Notes: generated by a model not told the origin, from the sequence alone. Shown: positions 26,311-36,856, counted from the stretch's first letter. The stretch is 64,000 nt of DNA from Flavobacteriales bacterium (GCA_947488235.1 CANLAQ010000004.1:17294-81293); one strand, 5' to 3'. Translations and numbers: made by a program.

Positions 26311-27216
26311 ATGTGGCAACGGTATAAGTACCATGTGCTTATGCATGTGATCATATTTTTATGGGGATTTACTGGAATTTTAGGTAAATTAATTCATAAA
26401 GATTTTCTGCATATTGTTTGGTATAGAGTTCTTATTGCCTGTATTGCACTTGGTCTTTTTTTACTACTTTCCTCCAAGAGTTTATCAGTATCAAGAAAAG
26501 ATCTTCCCAAAATTATTGGCGTTGGAATTATAGTAGCACTTCATTGGATGAGCTTTTACTGGGCGATTCAATTATCAACCGCATCTTTAGCAATTTTATG
26601 TCTTTCTACCACTACCCTTCATGTCACATGGTTAGAACCACTGGTGATGAAACGCAAGTTTTCGTGGCGTGAATTTATAATGGGACTTCTTGTAATTGTT
26701 GGAATTGCCTTTGTTGCTAAAGATTTCACCATGAAAGAAAATTATGCGCTGTTTATTGGATTGTTCTCAGCACTCTGCGCCGCTTTTTTCTCTGTTTTTA
26801 ATGGTAAACTATCTCAAAAAATTGCAGCTGAACACCTAACCTTTTATGAGCTTTTGACTGGATTTATTTTCACCTCTGTGGTATTATTATCTATCGGAAA
26901 ATTAAATTTAGAAGCGCTTAAACTAAGCGGAACTGATTTTGCATGGCTCTTATTCTTAGGTATTATTTGTACTTCCTTTGCCTTTTTAGCAACAATTGTA
27001 ATCGTGAGAAAATTAGGAGCGTTTACAGTTTCACTTAATATTAACCTAGAACCTATTTACACGATTGTTTTGGCCATTGTATTGCTGCATGAACATGAAA
27101 TACTCTCCCCAAGTTTTTATTGGGGGGCTGCAACAATTCTTTTTGTTTTATTAGGAAATGGAATCCTAAAACATTTTGAAACTTCAAAAAAAGAAAAGTA
27201 TTCAGGAATTGATTAA
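26311..27216 (+). CDS. EamA/DMT family transporter
   Basis: 301-aa ORF with about 10 hydrophobic segments arranged as two EamA-like halves. Confidence 0.7.
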   Translation: MWQRYKYHVLMHVIIFLWGFTGILGKLIHKDFLHIVWYRVLIACIALGLFLLLSSKSLSVSRKDLPKIIGVGIIVALHWMSFYWAIQLSTASLAILCLSTTTLHVTWLEPLVMKRKFSWREFIMGLLVIVGIAFVAKDFTMKENYALFIGLFSALCAAFFSVFNGKLSQKIAAEHLTFYELLTGFIFTSVVLLSIGKLNLEALKLSGTDFAWLLFLGIICTSFAFLATIVIVRKLGAFTVSLNINLEPIYTIVLAIVLLHEHEILSPSFYWGAATILFVLLGNGILKHFETSKKEKYSGID

Positions 27217-27236
27217 ATTTGAACAATATTCTTTTT

Positions 27237-27659
27237 ATGTACAAGAAAATATTACTCTTTCTTTCTATCACCTTATTACTCCTCGGTAATATCGGACTCA
27301 CTATTTTTAGTCATACCTGTAAGAAAGAAGGCGTTTTTATTTCTTTTTATTTTAAAGGTCAACATGATTGTAAACAAGAGACTTCTAAAAAAACACCCCC
27401 TTGCTGTCGTGAAATTCAAACAGCCAAAAAAGATTGCTGTAAAGATGAAATAAACTTCTATAAATTAGATTTAGATTATCTTAAGAATAATGTAGGTTTA
27501 AGTACCCTAGATTTAGTTTGGAATGCAGTTTCTTTATGTACTTCCCGCGAAAATCGCAGCCAACTTTTAGCTAAAAAAATTGTATGTCACCCAGAGGAAC
27601 CACCTCCCAAATGTTTTGGAAGAACATTACTAATTCAACAACAAATCATGCGCATTTAA
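27237..27659 (+). CDS. Small membrane-anchored Cys-rich protein (possibly the family NCBI names HYC_CC_PP)
   Basis: The ATG at 27237 gives MYKKILLFLSITLLLLGNIGL (one TM helix), followed by SHTC, HDC, PPCC, DCC and CHPEEPPPKC. The ORF-track start at 27219 is a TTG. The family name is from memory and is unverified. Confidence 0.55.
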   Translation: MYKKILLFLSITLLLLGNIGLTIFSHTCKKEGVFISFYFKGQHDCKQETSKKTPPCCREIQTAKKDCCKDEINFYKLDLDYLKNNVGLSTLDLVWNAVSLCTSRENRSQLLAKKIVCHPEEPPPKCFGRTLLIQQQIMRI

Positions 27660-27699
27660 TAATTTAAAAATTAATTTTTTTAACCCTAATAACAATGCT

Positions 27700-29898
27700 A
27701 TGTATCAAAAAATCATTCTATTACTAATTTGCTGCTTGCCTATTTTTGCATCAGCTCAAATAAAAGGATTGGTTCAAGGAACCAATTCAATTTCATTAAA
27801 ACCTATATCCAATGCCAAGGTTAAATTACTAGTGGCAGAGCGCGTAGTATTTACCGCTGAAGATGGAACTTTTGAGATTTTTCTTTCAAGAGCATTTCCT
27901 GACACCCTTGTAATTTTGGCTGAAGGATATTATGCTGATTCTATAATATTAATGGAAAAAGATAAATACTTAGCCTTAAGTGTGATTCTACAAAACAATC
28001 AATCCTTTCAAGAAATTGTTGTGAATCATGATCGCATTGGTCATGGCATATCAAAAATGAAAACACTACATGTGGAAGAACTCACCTCGAGTGAATTAAG
28101 AAAAGCGGCCTGCTGTAATTTATCAGAATCTTTTGAAACCAATGCCTCTGTAGATGTTTCCATTAGTGATGCTGTATCGGGTGCTAAAAAAATTCAAATG
28201 ATGGGGATTGACGGCGTATATACTCAAATACAATTGGAGAATATTCCTTATTTAAGAGGGCTCGAAAGTTCTTTTGGATTACAATCCATTCCTGGCACTT
28301 GGATAGAATCAATTCAAATCACAAAAGGTACCGGGAGTGTTGTGAACGGTTATGAATCTATGGCTGGTTTAGTGAATTTAGAAATCAAGAAACCAAAGGA
28401 AATGGAGAAATTCTTTGTCAATGCTTATCAGAGTATACTTGGAAGATCCGAACTCAATCTTGATGCCAGTCACCAAATTAATACTAAATGGAGTACCGCT
28501 TGGTTTGCACATTCAGCAGGAATGTTCGGAAATATTGATCACAACAAAGACGGCTTCAGAGATGTTCCCATGAGTAAATTATTTGCGCTTCATAATCGCT
28601 GGTTTTACCAAGGGAAGAAAATGGAAGCCCAAATTGGGATTACGGCTAACCTAGATGATAAAATTGGTGGGCAAACAAGCTATTTTCAGAATAATCCAAT
28701 TGGATATGGAGTCGTCATTGCCAATAAACACCTTGACATATTTGGTAAAACTGGATTCTTCGGAAAAAAACCTATGCAATCACTTGGGGTCATCTATCAA
28801 TTCAAAATGCATCAACTGGATGGACAATTTGGTTCAAGGATTTTTGAAGGAGCTGAGAAACGAGCCTATATGAATATTATTTATGACGATATCATTGGAA
28901 CCAGTGACCATAAAATCAAAACGGGAATAACATGGGTAGGCGTATCCATTCAACAAAAAGTTGATTCCTTGATTCAAAATAGAGAAGAATTAGTAATGGG
29001 AAGTTTCGCGGAATACACCTATACAGGTTCGAGATCAAGCGTGGTAATGGGACTTAGAGCAGATTATCATTCCTTGTTTGCTTGGCAAATTTCTCCGAGA
29101 ATTCACGCCAAATACGCTTTAACACCTCATACTGATTTGCGTTTTACAGGCGGCAAAGGTTGGAGAACACCCAACTATATAATTGATAATATTTCACTTT
29201 TAGCGAGTAATAAATTTTGGATCGATCCAACAGAAATACGCCCCGAAATAGCTTGGAATGTGGGTGGGTCACTTGTACAAGATTTTAAAGTTTTTCAAAA
29301 TAAAGCAAGTATTAGTATTGACTACTACAGAACCAATTTCACCAATCAATTGGTTGTTGACAGAGAAGAAACGAGCAATGCCATCACCTTTAAAAACCTG
29401 AGTAACGCTTCCTTCTCCAATGCTTTTCAGACTGAACTCCAATTCTCACCTAAAAAATATTTAGACATCAGAGTAGCTTATAAATTACTTGATGTGAAAT
29501 CAGTTTTTGCAGGACAAACACAAGCGCAGGTGATGATTCCTAAACATCGCGGATTTTTAAATATCGCTTATAAAACAAGGAATCAAAGATGGTTGTTCGA
29601 CTTTACTTGCTCTGTTTTTGGGTCAGCTCGTTTACCCAATGATGGAATTGATCCAACTTTTAATCCCATCACAAAAAGTCCTGTATATGGATTATTCAAT
29701 GGTCAAATAACCCATGTTTACAAAAAATGGAACTTCTATATTGGAGGAGAAAACCTTGGAAATTTCACGCAAGCTAATCCAATATTATCAGCTCAAAATC
29801 CAAATAGTATTGATTTTGACGCTACAAAAATTTGGGGACCCATTATGGGACGAAATATATATCTTGGTTTGCGTTATGAAATTAAAAAAAACAAATAA
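27700..29898 (+). CDS. TonB-dependent receptor with an N-terminal carboxypeptidase-regulatory-like domain
   Basis: 732-aa ORF with a signal peptide, a CarbopepD_reg-like beta-sandwich, a plug region containing AACCNLSESFETNASVDV, a long beta-barrel and a C-terminal aromatic region (LGLRYEI). Confidence 0.85.
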   Translation: MYQKIILLLICCLPIFASAQIKGLVQGTNSISLKPISNAKVKLLVAERVVFTAEDGTFEIFLSRAFPDTLVILAEGYYADSIILMEKDKYLALSVILQNNQSFQEIVVNHDRIGHGISKMKTLHVEELTSSELRKAACCNLSESFETNASVDVSISDAVSGAKKIQMMGIDGVYTQIQLENIPYLRGLESSFGLQSIPGTWIESIQITKGTGSVVNGYESMAGLVNLEIKKPKEMEKFFVNAYQSILGRSELNLDASHQINTKWSTAWFAHSAGMFGNIDHNKDGFRDVPMSKLFALHNRWFYQGKKMEAQIGITANLDDKIGGQTSYFQNNPIGYGVVIANKHLDIFGKTGFFGKKPMQSLGVIYQFKMHQLDGQFGSRIFEGAEKRAYMNIIYDDIIGTSDHKIKTGITWVGVSIQQKVDSLIQNREELVMGSFAEYTYTGSRSSVVMGLRADYHSLFAWQISPRIHAKYALTPHTDLRFTGGKGWRTPNYIIDNISLLASNKFWIDPTEIRPEIAWNVGGSLVQDFKVFQNKASISIDYYRTNFTNQLVVDREETSNAITFKNLSNASFSNAFQTELQFSPKKYLDIRVAYKLLDVKSVFAGQTQAQVMIPKHRGFLNIAYKTRNQRWLFDFTCSVFGSARLPNDGIDPTFNPITKSPVYGLFNGQITHVYKKWNFYIGGENLGNFTQANPILSAQNPNSIDFDATKIWGPIMGRNIYLGLRYEIKKNK

Positions 29899-29963
29899 AT
29901 TAGTATTACATTAACCTCTATTGAATCCTTTAATTCCTACATTTGATTATTAAAACACAAGCT

Positions 29964-30296
29964 ATGAAAACTCTAATGATCTGCTTAACGCTCTTCTTAT
30001 CAAGCCAATTGTTTGCTCAAAAAAACAAAAGCCAAACCGTTCAAATTCAAACCTCAGCACAATGTGGGGATTGCAAAAATCGAATTGAAAACGCCTTGAA
30101 TTATACTAAAGGAATTAGTTATGCTGAATTGAATATGGAAACTAAAAAGGTTGAAATTAAATTCAACCCCAAGAAAACTGATTACATCAAAATCAAAGCG
30201 ATTCTTAATAAAATTGGTTATGATGCTGACGATCAAAAAGCAGATCAACAAGCAGTGCTAGCACTTCCTAAATGTTGTCAGCCGGGTGGTCATTGA
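29964..30296 (+). CDS. Secreted HMA-domain metal-binding protein
   Basis: The ATG at 29964 gives MKTLMICLTLFLSSQLFAQ (signal peptide). The HMA motif is SAQCGDCKNRIENAL (CxxC) and the C-terminus is KCCQPGGH. Confidence 0.75.
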   Translation: MKTLMICLTLFLSSQLFAQKNKSQTVQIQTSAQCGDCKNRIENALNYTKGISYAELNMETKKVEIKFNPKKTDYIKIKAILNKIGYDADDQKADQQAVLALPKCCQPGGH

Positions 30297-30354
30297 TGTT
30301 GAAAAAAAATGATTACTAGTCTTTTTATCGCTATTTCGTTCGAAGAACAATAAC

Positions 30355-30362
30355 TACCTTTG
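30355..30362 (+). promoter_or_regulatory. Candidate -7 box TACCTTTG upstream of purF
   Basis: Matches TAnnTTTG and lies 22 nt upstream of the ATG at 30384. Confidence 0.4.
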
Positions 30363-30383
30363 CGAGAAATATCTGGATAAATC

Positions 30384-32285
30384 ATGAGTGATGCCATTAA
30401 ACATGAATGTGGAATTGCGCTTTTAAGATTAAAAAAGCCGCTTCAATATTATCTCGATAAATACGGGACAGCATTTTACGGAATAAATAAGATGCAACTC
30501 CTTATGGAGAAACAACACAATCGTGGTCAAGATGGCGCGGGGATTGCCAATATAAAATTTGACATGGAACCAGGTCAACGGTATATCTCTAGAGTTAGAT
30601 CCATCCAAAAAAACCCAATTCAAGATGTTTTTGAGCAAGTAAGTGCTCGTTTTGAACAAATACAAGATGAAAATCCAGCCTTATTAAAGGATGTAGATTA
30701 CTTGAAGAAAAACGCTGGTTTTACAGGTGAATTATTTCTAGGTCACCTTCGATACGGGACTTTTGGAAGAAATTCTATTGAAAGTTGTCACCCTTTTTTA
30801 AGACAAAATAATTGGATTACCCGCAATCTTGTTGTTGCTGGAAATTTTAATTTAACCAATGTAGACGAGCAATTTGAAGCACTTATTAAATTAGGACAAC
30901 ACCCAAAAGAAAAATCAGATACAGTTACAGTTTTAGAAAAAATCGGTCATTATTTAGATCTAGAAAACGATGAATTATATCAAAATTATCGCCCTTTAGG
31001 TTATGATAAACCTACCATCTATAAAATGATTGCCGAACAATTAAGTATTGCTAAAATACTGCAAAAAGCTTCTGAAAATTGGGATGGTGGTTATGCAATG
31101 GCCGGATTGATTGGAAATGGGGACTCGTTTGTATTGCGCGATCCTGCGGGAATTAGACCCGCTTTTTGGTTTGAAAATGATGAAATTTGTGTTGTCGCTT
31201 CGGAAAGACCTGTTATTCAAACTGCCTTTAATTTGCAAATTGATGACATTAAAGAATTGCAGCCCGGACATGCTTTAATCATTAAAAGAAATGGAAAAGT
31301 AACGGAAGAGTTGATCAACACCCCAACTAAATTAAGTAAATGTTCTTTTGAAAGAATTTACTTTTCAAGAGGTTCAGATGCTGATATTTATAAGGAACGA
31401 CAAGAACTTGGTCGCCTGATAGTAGACAAAGTGATTAAAACCATCGATGGTGATTTAGATAATTCTGTCTTTTCATTTATTCCAAATACTGCTGAAGTTT
31501 CCTTTTATGGAATGATTAAAGGATTGGAAGATCACTTGAATGAGAGAAAAATAACTCAAATTAAAGAATTAGGTGAAAATCCATCGATTGAAGCCATTTC
31601 AAAAATAATTCATCAGCGCACTAGAATTGAGAAGATTGCCATTAAAGATGCTAAACTTAGAACTTTCATTACGCAAGATACTTCTCGAGATGATCTGGTA
31701 ACGCATGTTTATGATATCACATACGGAAGCGTTCGTGCAGGCAAAGACAACTTAGTTATTATAGATGATAGTATCGTTAGAGGCACCACATTAAAGCAAA
31801 GTATCCTCAGAATGATGGATCGTTTGCAACCTAAAAGAATCGTCGTTGTGTCCTCAGCGCCTCAAATTAGATATCCTGATTGTTATGGAATCGATATGGC
31901 TAAAATGGGCGACTTTATTGCTTTTGAAGCTGCGATTCAATTATTGAAAGATCGAGGCCTTCAACAAGTAATTGATGATGTTTATCAAAAATGTAAAAGT
32001 CAATTAGAGCTGCCGAAAGAACAAGTAAAGAATTATATCAAAGAAATTTACGCTCCTTTTACAGACGAAGATATTTCCAATAAAATCGCTGTTTTACTCA
32101 AGCCTGAATCGGTAAGAGCTGAAGTGAAAATTGTTTTTCAAACTGTAGAGAATTTACATCTTGCCTGCCCTGGACATACAGGAGATTGGTATTTTACAGG
32201 AGACTATCCAACGCCAGGAGGAAATAAAGTCGTAAATAAAGCTTTTGTGAATTGGATGGAAAATCGGAATGAAAGAGCTTATTAA
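30384..32285 (+). CDS. purF: Amidophosphoribosyltransferase (long Bacteroidota form)
   Basis: 633-aa ORF with an Ntn glutaminase Cys after a short propeptide (..KHECGIALL) and a PRTase motif LVIIDDSIVRGTT. Confidence 0.85.
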   Translation: MSDAIKHECGIALLRLKKPLQYYLDKYGTAFYGINKMQLLMEKQHNRGQDGAGIANIKFDMEPGQRYISRVRSIQKNPIQDVFEQVSARFEQIQDENPALLKDVDYLKKNAGFTGELFLGHLRYGTFGRNSIESCHPFLRQNNWITRNLVVAGNFNLTNVDEQFEALIKLGQHPKEKSDTVTVLEKIGHYLDLENDELYQNYRPLGYDKPTIYKMIAEQLSIAKILQKASENWDGGYAMAGLIGNGDSFVLRDPAGIRPAFWFENDEICVVASERPVIQTAFNLQIDDIKELQPGHALIIKRNGKVTEELINTPTKLSKCSFERIYFSRGSDADIYKERQELGRLIVDKVIKTIDGDLDNSVFSFIPNTAEVSFYGMIKGLEDHLNERKITQIKELGENPSIEAISKIIHQRTRIEKIAIKDAKLRTFITQDTSRDDLVTHVYDITYGSVRAGKDNLVIIDDSIVRGTTLKQSILRMMDRLQPKRIVVVSSAPQIRYPDCYGIDMAKMGDFIAFEAAIQLLKDRGLQQVIDDVYQKCKSQLELPKEQVKNYIKEIYAPFTDEDISNKIAVLLKPESVRAEVKIVFQTVENLHLACPGHTGDWYFTGDYPTPGGNKVVNKAFVNWMENRNERAY

Positions 32286-33505
32286 TTAAAAATCGAATGA
32301 GAAACAATTCTCTTCGCTGCTCCTTTTTGATCCTCTACAAATAATTTTATTTTTCCTTCTAATTCTTGATCCTCCCCTATCAATTTCTTGCATTCCGCAT
32401 GAAATTCTTGAGAATTGTGAATGCTTTTAGCAAAACCTCTAGATAAAAATGCCTCAGCTTCTGGAAAACGGCTGTACTTGGGTCCGAAAATTATTGGAAG
32501 ACCAAAAACAGCTGGCTCCAGGATATTGTGTAGTTTACCTGAAAAACCCCCTCCTATAAATGCCAATTTGCCATAATTATAGGCACTTGACAAATGACCA
32601 ATCGTGTCTAAAATTAAAATGGAACTCTCGGACTGATGCTTGTATTTTGTATAAAATTGAGCCTTTCCATCACACAGATGCAAAATACTTTCACAATTTT
32701 TAAGAGAAATTTCATGGGGTGCAATGATTATTTTTTGAGTAGGATCTTCCTTCGCATATTCTAAAATTATGCGCACTTCCTCTATCCATGCACTGCCTAC
32801 AATAATTGCTTTTTGACCTTTCAAGAAAGAGCTTAAAATACTATCTTCAGGCATGGTCTTCAAGGAATCTCGGAGCATTAAAACTTTGTCGAATCGAGGG
32901 TCTCCTATTTCTAAAGCATTGTTGATTCCAATATTATTTAATAGTAAAAGTGTTTCTTTATTCTGAACAAAATAATAATCAAATTGAAATAATATCGATT
33001 TGAAAAACCCTCCATACCAATTAAAATAAATTTGATTGGGACGCAAAAGTGTAGCAACAGAAATCATTTTGGTGCCTGATTTTTTTACCTCTCGAATTAT
33101 ATTTCTCCAGAACTCATACTTGACAAAAAGAGCATAATCTGCTTGTATCAATGCTGCGAATTGAACAGCATTATTTTGGGTATCCAATGGTAAATAAAGC
33201 GCATAATCTACACAATGAATTCGCTTTTGATAATGCTCCATACCTGAAGGAGAGAAAAAGGTAACTACTATTATGTGCTCTGGGAACTTTTCTTTTAGCG
33301 CGAAAAGCACGGGAAGACCTTGATCAAACTCTCCAAGGGAAGCACAATGCATCCAAATTCGAGGCGCTGTTTTAGGGATGTTTTGTAATTGTTCTTTCCA
33401 TTTGGACCTACCTGCAACACTTAATTTAGCTTTTTCTGAGAAAAGAGATCCCAAACGCAAAAAAATGCGCAAGAATAAAATCGCTAAAGAATAAAGAAAG
33501 CCCAT
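32282..33505 (-). CDS. waaA: 3-deoxy-D-manno-octulosonic acid (Kdo) transferase
   Basis: About 407-aa ORF with WMHCASLGEF and C-terminal GGSF-like/HN.LEPA motifs (GGGFSGKLHNILEPAVFGLPI). The ATG at 33505 overlaps the upstream gene's stop (TGATG). The ORF-track TTG start is at 33508. Confidence 0.85.
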   Translation of the reverse strand: MGFLYSLAILFLRIFLRLGSLFSEKAKLSVAGRSKWKEQLQNIPKTAPRIWMHCASLGEFDQGLPVLFALKEKFPEHIIVVTFFSPSGMEHYQKRIHCVDYALYLPLDTQNNAVQFAALIQADYALFVKYEFWRNIIREVKKSGTKMISVATLLRPNQIYFNWYGGFFKSILFQFDYYFVQNKETLLLLNNIGINNALEIGDPRFDKVLMLRDSLKTMPEDSILSSFLKGQKAIIVGSAWIEEVRIILEYAKEDPTQKIIIAPHEISLKNCESILHLCDGKAQFYTKYKHQSESSILILDTIGHLSSAYNYGKLAFIGGGFSGKLHNILEPAVFGLPIIFGPKYSRFPEAEAFLSRGFAKSIHNSQEFHAECKKLIGEDQELEGKIKLFVEDQKGAAKRIVSHSIFN

Positions 33506-34269
33506 CAATTAAAATAGTAATCCTTTGGTTTACGCTTGTAAATTGGAATAAACCAGCCCGCGCGCAAGCCAAACTGTAAGTCTAAACGCGTTGCAGTGGA
33601 GACAGGAACCGTTGGTTGGTCAAAATATATGGTGCGTTGATTTTTTGTAAATCCTTGCTGAGCATACAAACCTGCATAAAAATTATAAAATCCACCATCA
33701 GCTAAAAATGCATAACCAACAAATTGGTGGGTATTGATTCCAATCGATAAGCGATCATATCCTTTTTTATAATCTAATTCTAATTGAGGAATAACTTGAT
33801 CTTGCGTTTCTACTCGAAGATGATGCAATAGATATCCAAGGCCTCCGTGAATGAAGATACCAGAACTTTTATTGGAACCAAATACAGGAAATAATCTTCC
33901 CACAGACACATTGGCATTAAAACCCCTTGGCATTACAAAAACTTTTGCAATGTCTCCATTGACATCAGTGATGTTTCCTTTATCATCAACCAAATGATCA
34001 AAAAGTCCGGTCATATTAACGGTCCTGCCAAAAATAAAATTTGCATCAAGACCATAATACCATTGTTTTTTAGTTTTATATCCAGCCATAATTCCAATAT
34101 GATTCAAAAAACCATAGCGCGCTAATAAGTCAGCCCCTGGCAGATTAGCACCATAATGCACACCCACCCAAGGAGTTGAAATTGCTGAATCTTTGACATT
34201 TCTCTGCGCATTGGAGTACAAAGAAATAAAGAGCATAAAAATCAAAAAAGTAAATTTCCAATTGTTCAT
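33505..34269 (-). CDS. Hypothetical outer-membrane beta-barrel protein
   Basis: 254-aa ORF with a signal peptide ending SNAQ, alternating aromatic/Gly-rich strands, and a C-terminal YYFN. It is translationally coupled to waaA. Confidence 0.5.
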   Translation of the reverse strand: MNNWKFTFLIFMLFISLYSNAQRNVKDSAISTPWVGVHYGANLPGADLLARYGFLNHIGIMAGYKTKKQWYYGLDANFIFGRTVNMTGLFDHLVDDKGNITDVNGDIAKVFVMPRGFNANVSVGRLFPVFGSNKSSGIFIHGGLGYLLHHLRVETQDQVIPQLELDYKKGYDRLSIGINTHQFVGYAFLADGGFYNFYAGLYAQQGFTKNQRTIYFDQPTVPVSTATRLDLQFGLRAGWFIPIYKRKPKDYYFN

Positions 34270-34369
34270 ATGTCAAAAGTAATTGATTTTTTGTCTAATT
34301 ATCCGTAAAGTTCTAATTAGTAGCGTGTACTTTACATCAAAATATAGGAAAAAACTAAGTAAATATCCT

Positions 34370-34377
34370 TATTTTTG
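34370..34377 (+). promoter_or_regulatory. Candidate -7 box TATTTTTG upstream of the nucleotide-sugar operon
   Basis: Matches TAnnTTTG and lies 27 nt upstream of the ATG at 34404. Confidence 0.4.
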
Positions 34378-34403
34378 ACACTTAATTAAAGCAATTCTTT
34401 CGC

Positions 34404-35540
34404 ATGAAAAATATTCAAATGGTTGACTTGGTTACACAATATGAAAAAATCAAGCCTGCGATTGACGAAGCGATCCTTTCGGTGATTCAAAATGCTCAAT
34501 TTATTAATGGCCCTGAAGTACAAAATTTTCAAAAAGAATTAGAAGAATATATAGAAGTTAAACATGTAATTCCATGTGCCAACGGAACGGATGCCCTGCA
34601 AATTGCTCTGATGAGCTTGGGCTTAGTTCCCGGAGACGAAGTGATCACTCCCTCTTTTACCTATATCGCTACCACTGAAGTAATTGCTTTGCTGGGTCTG
34701 ATACCTATATTTGTTGATGTAGACCCTGCAACTTTTTGTATTGATGCATCTAAAATTGAAGCAGCGATAAGCAATAAAACAAAAGCAATTGTTCCGGTTC
34801 ATTTATACGGTCAAGCAGCAAATATGAATGCTATTCTTGCGATCGCAAAAAAACACAATCTTGCAGTCGTTGAAGACAATGCTCAAGCTTTAGGATCTAT
34901 CTACCACCTAGAAAATGGCAAAGTTCAAAAAACTGGAACTCTTGGGAATATCGGTTGCACTTCTTTTTTTCCAAGTAAAAATCTAGGGTGCTATGGTGAT
35001 GGCGGTGCGCTCTATACCAATGATGATGCGCTTGCGGAAAAAATAAGAATGATTGCCAATCACGGTCAAAAAGTGAAATATTATCATGAAGTCGTTGGTT
35101 GTAATTCACGCTTGGATAGTATTCAAGCAGCTGTATTGCGCATCAAGTTGCGCCAATTGGACAATTATATTGACGCAAGAAGAAATGTTGCAACATATTA
35201 TGACACGGTCTTTGGAGCAATTCCAGGGATTAAAATACCCTTTAGATCGGAAGATTCTAAGCATGTTTTTCATCAATATACTTTGCAATTAGAAGGAATC
35301 GATAGAGATGCTTTAAGTACTCATTTAGCTTCCAAAGAAATTCCTTCCATGATTTATTATCCTGTACCGGCGCACAGACAAAAAATGTTTAGCGCTTTTG
35401 GAAGTGCAACAACGGAACTTCCAGTAACGGATTACCTGACCTCTTGTGTTTTATCATTGCCCATACATACAGAAATGCAGGAAGAGCAATTGGCTTACAT
35501 TACTTCGACTATTGTTGAATATATTAATTCTATCAAATGA
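34404..35540 (+). CDS. DegT/DnrJ/EryC1/StrS-family PLP aminotransferase (WbpE-like)
   Basis: 378-aa ORF with the NGTDAL motif and the PLP-Lys context SFFPSKNLG. Confidence 0.85.
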   Translation: MKNIQMVDLVTQYEKIKPAIDEAILSVIQNAQFINGPEVQNFQKELEEYIEVKHVIPCANGTDALQIALMSLGLVPGDEVITPSFTYIATTEVIALLGLIPIFVDVDPATFCIDASKIEAAISNKTKAIVPVHLYGQAANMNAILAIAKKHNLAVVEDNAQALGSIYHLENGKVQKTGTLGNIGCTSFFPSKNLGCYGDGGALYTNDDALAEKIRMIANHGQKVKYYHEVVGCNSRLDSIQAAVLRIKLRQLDNYIDARRNVATYYDTVFGAIPGIKIPFRSEDSKHVFHQYTLQLEGIDRDALSTHLASKEIPSMIYYPVPAHRQKMFSAFGSATTELPVTDYLTSCVLSLPIHTEMQEEQLAYITSTIVEYINSIK

Positions 35541-36856
35541 AAATAGCAGTCATAGGTTCTGGATATGTTGGATTGGTCACAGGGACTTGCTTTGCTGAAA
35601 CAGGAAATCAAGTTTGGTGTGTAGACATTGATCAAGATAAAGTGAAATCAATGCAAGAGGGAAATGTTCCTATTTACGAGCCCAATTTAGACACACTTTT
35701 TGAAAGAAATATTGCAGCAAAGAGATTGAATTTTACAAGCGATTTGGAAGCAGGTATAAGAGATGCCGAAGTAATTTTTCTTGCCCTACCTACCCCACCA
35801 AATGAAGATGGATCAGCTGATTTATCCTATATTCTAGGGGTAGCCAATCAAATAGGTGCCTTGATTAAAAATTATGTGGTTATTGTGGACAAAAGTACGG
35901 TGCCTGTTGGGACCGCGGATTTGGTAGCGTCTTGTATTCGTGCCAAAACTAATATTCCTTTTAGTGTTGTTTCTAATCCTGAATTTTTACGAGAAGGATT
36001 CGCAATAAATGATTTCATGAAACCCGACAGAGTGGTTATTGGCACTTCTGATGATCGGGCTAAAAAAACAATGGAAAACTTGTACAAACCATTCGTTAGA
36101 CAAGGAAATCCAATTTATTTTATGGATTCTAAATCTGCTGAATTAACCAAATATGCGGCCAATGCATTTTTAGCAACCAAGATTACTTTCATGAATGAAA
36201 TTGCAAATTTCTGTGAAGTAGTAGGTGCTAATGTTGATGAAGTTCGAATGGGGATTGGTTCAGACGATAGAATTGGTAAAAGATTTTTATTTCCAGGAAT
36301 GGGATATGGTGGGTCTTGTTTTCCAAAAGATGTTCAAGCCTTAGCGCAAGCAGGAAAAGAAAATAATTTTTCTTTTCAAATCTTAAATGCGGTGATGAAA
36401 GTAAACCAAGAACAAAAGACGGTGCTTTTTCCAAAAATCAATAACTATTTCACAGGTGAATTGAGTGGAAAGAAAATTGGGGTTTGGGGTTTGGCTTTTA
36501 AACCTGATACTGATGATATTCGTGAAGCCCCGGCTTTATATTTGATAGAAAAACTGGTGGCGGCGGGTGCGCAAGTGATTGCTTTTGACCCAGAAGCAAT
36601 GCAAAATGTAAAAGCAAAAATTGGAAGCTCGATTGAATATGCTTCCAGTGAGTATGAAGCCATTGACCAAGTAGATGCTTTGGTTATTTGTACCGAATGG
36701 AGTGTTTTTAGAAATCCAAATTTCTCTTTAATGAAAACAACTATGAAAGGGAATGTGATTTTTGATGGTCGCAACCTGTTTGATACTGAAGATATTGAAA
36801 AGGAAGGATTTTGTTATATGAGTATCGGTCGAAATTCTAAAAATATAGGAGCATGA
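35537..36856 (+). CDS. ugd: UDP-glucose 6-dehydrogenase
   Basis: 439-aa ORF with [10 protein letters not shown] and the catalytic Cys context [10 protein letters not shown]. Its ATGA start overlaps the upstream stop. Confidence 0.85.
   Translation: MKIAVIGSGYVGLVTGTCFAETGNQVWCVDIDQDKVKSMQEGNVPIYEPNLDTLFERNIAAKRLNFTSDLEAGIRDAEVIFLALPTPPNEDGSADLSYILGVANQIGALIKNYVVIVDKSTVPVGTADLVASCIRAKTNIPFSVVSNPEFLREGFAINDFMKPDRVVIGTSDDRAKKTMENLYKPFVRQGNPIYFMDSKSAELTKYAANAFLATKITFMNEIANFCEVVGANVDEVRMGIGSDDRIGKRFLFPGMGYGGSCFPKDVQALAQAGKENNFSFQILNAVMKVNQEQKTVLFPKINNYFTGELSGKKIGVWGLAFKPDTDDIREAPALYLIEKLVAAGAQVIAFDPEAMQNVKAKIGSSIEYASSEYEAIDQVDALVICTEWSVFRNPNFSLMKTTMKGNVIFDGRNLFDTEDIEKEGFCYMSIGRNSKNIGA

Noticed and set aside
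36445-36774. 109-aa minus-strand ORF within ugd, and similar small antisense ORFs across the window (e.g. 16334..16630, 17855..18076, 38425..38829, 45940..46266, 63048..63344)
   Set aside because: All are antisense or out-of-frame within strongly supported genes and lack start contexts or family resemblance. I treat them as shadow ORFs.
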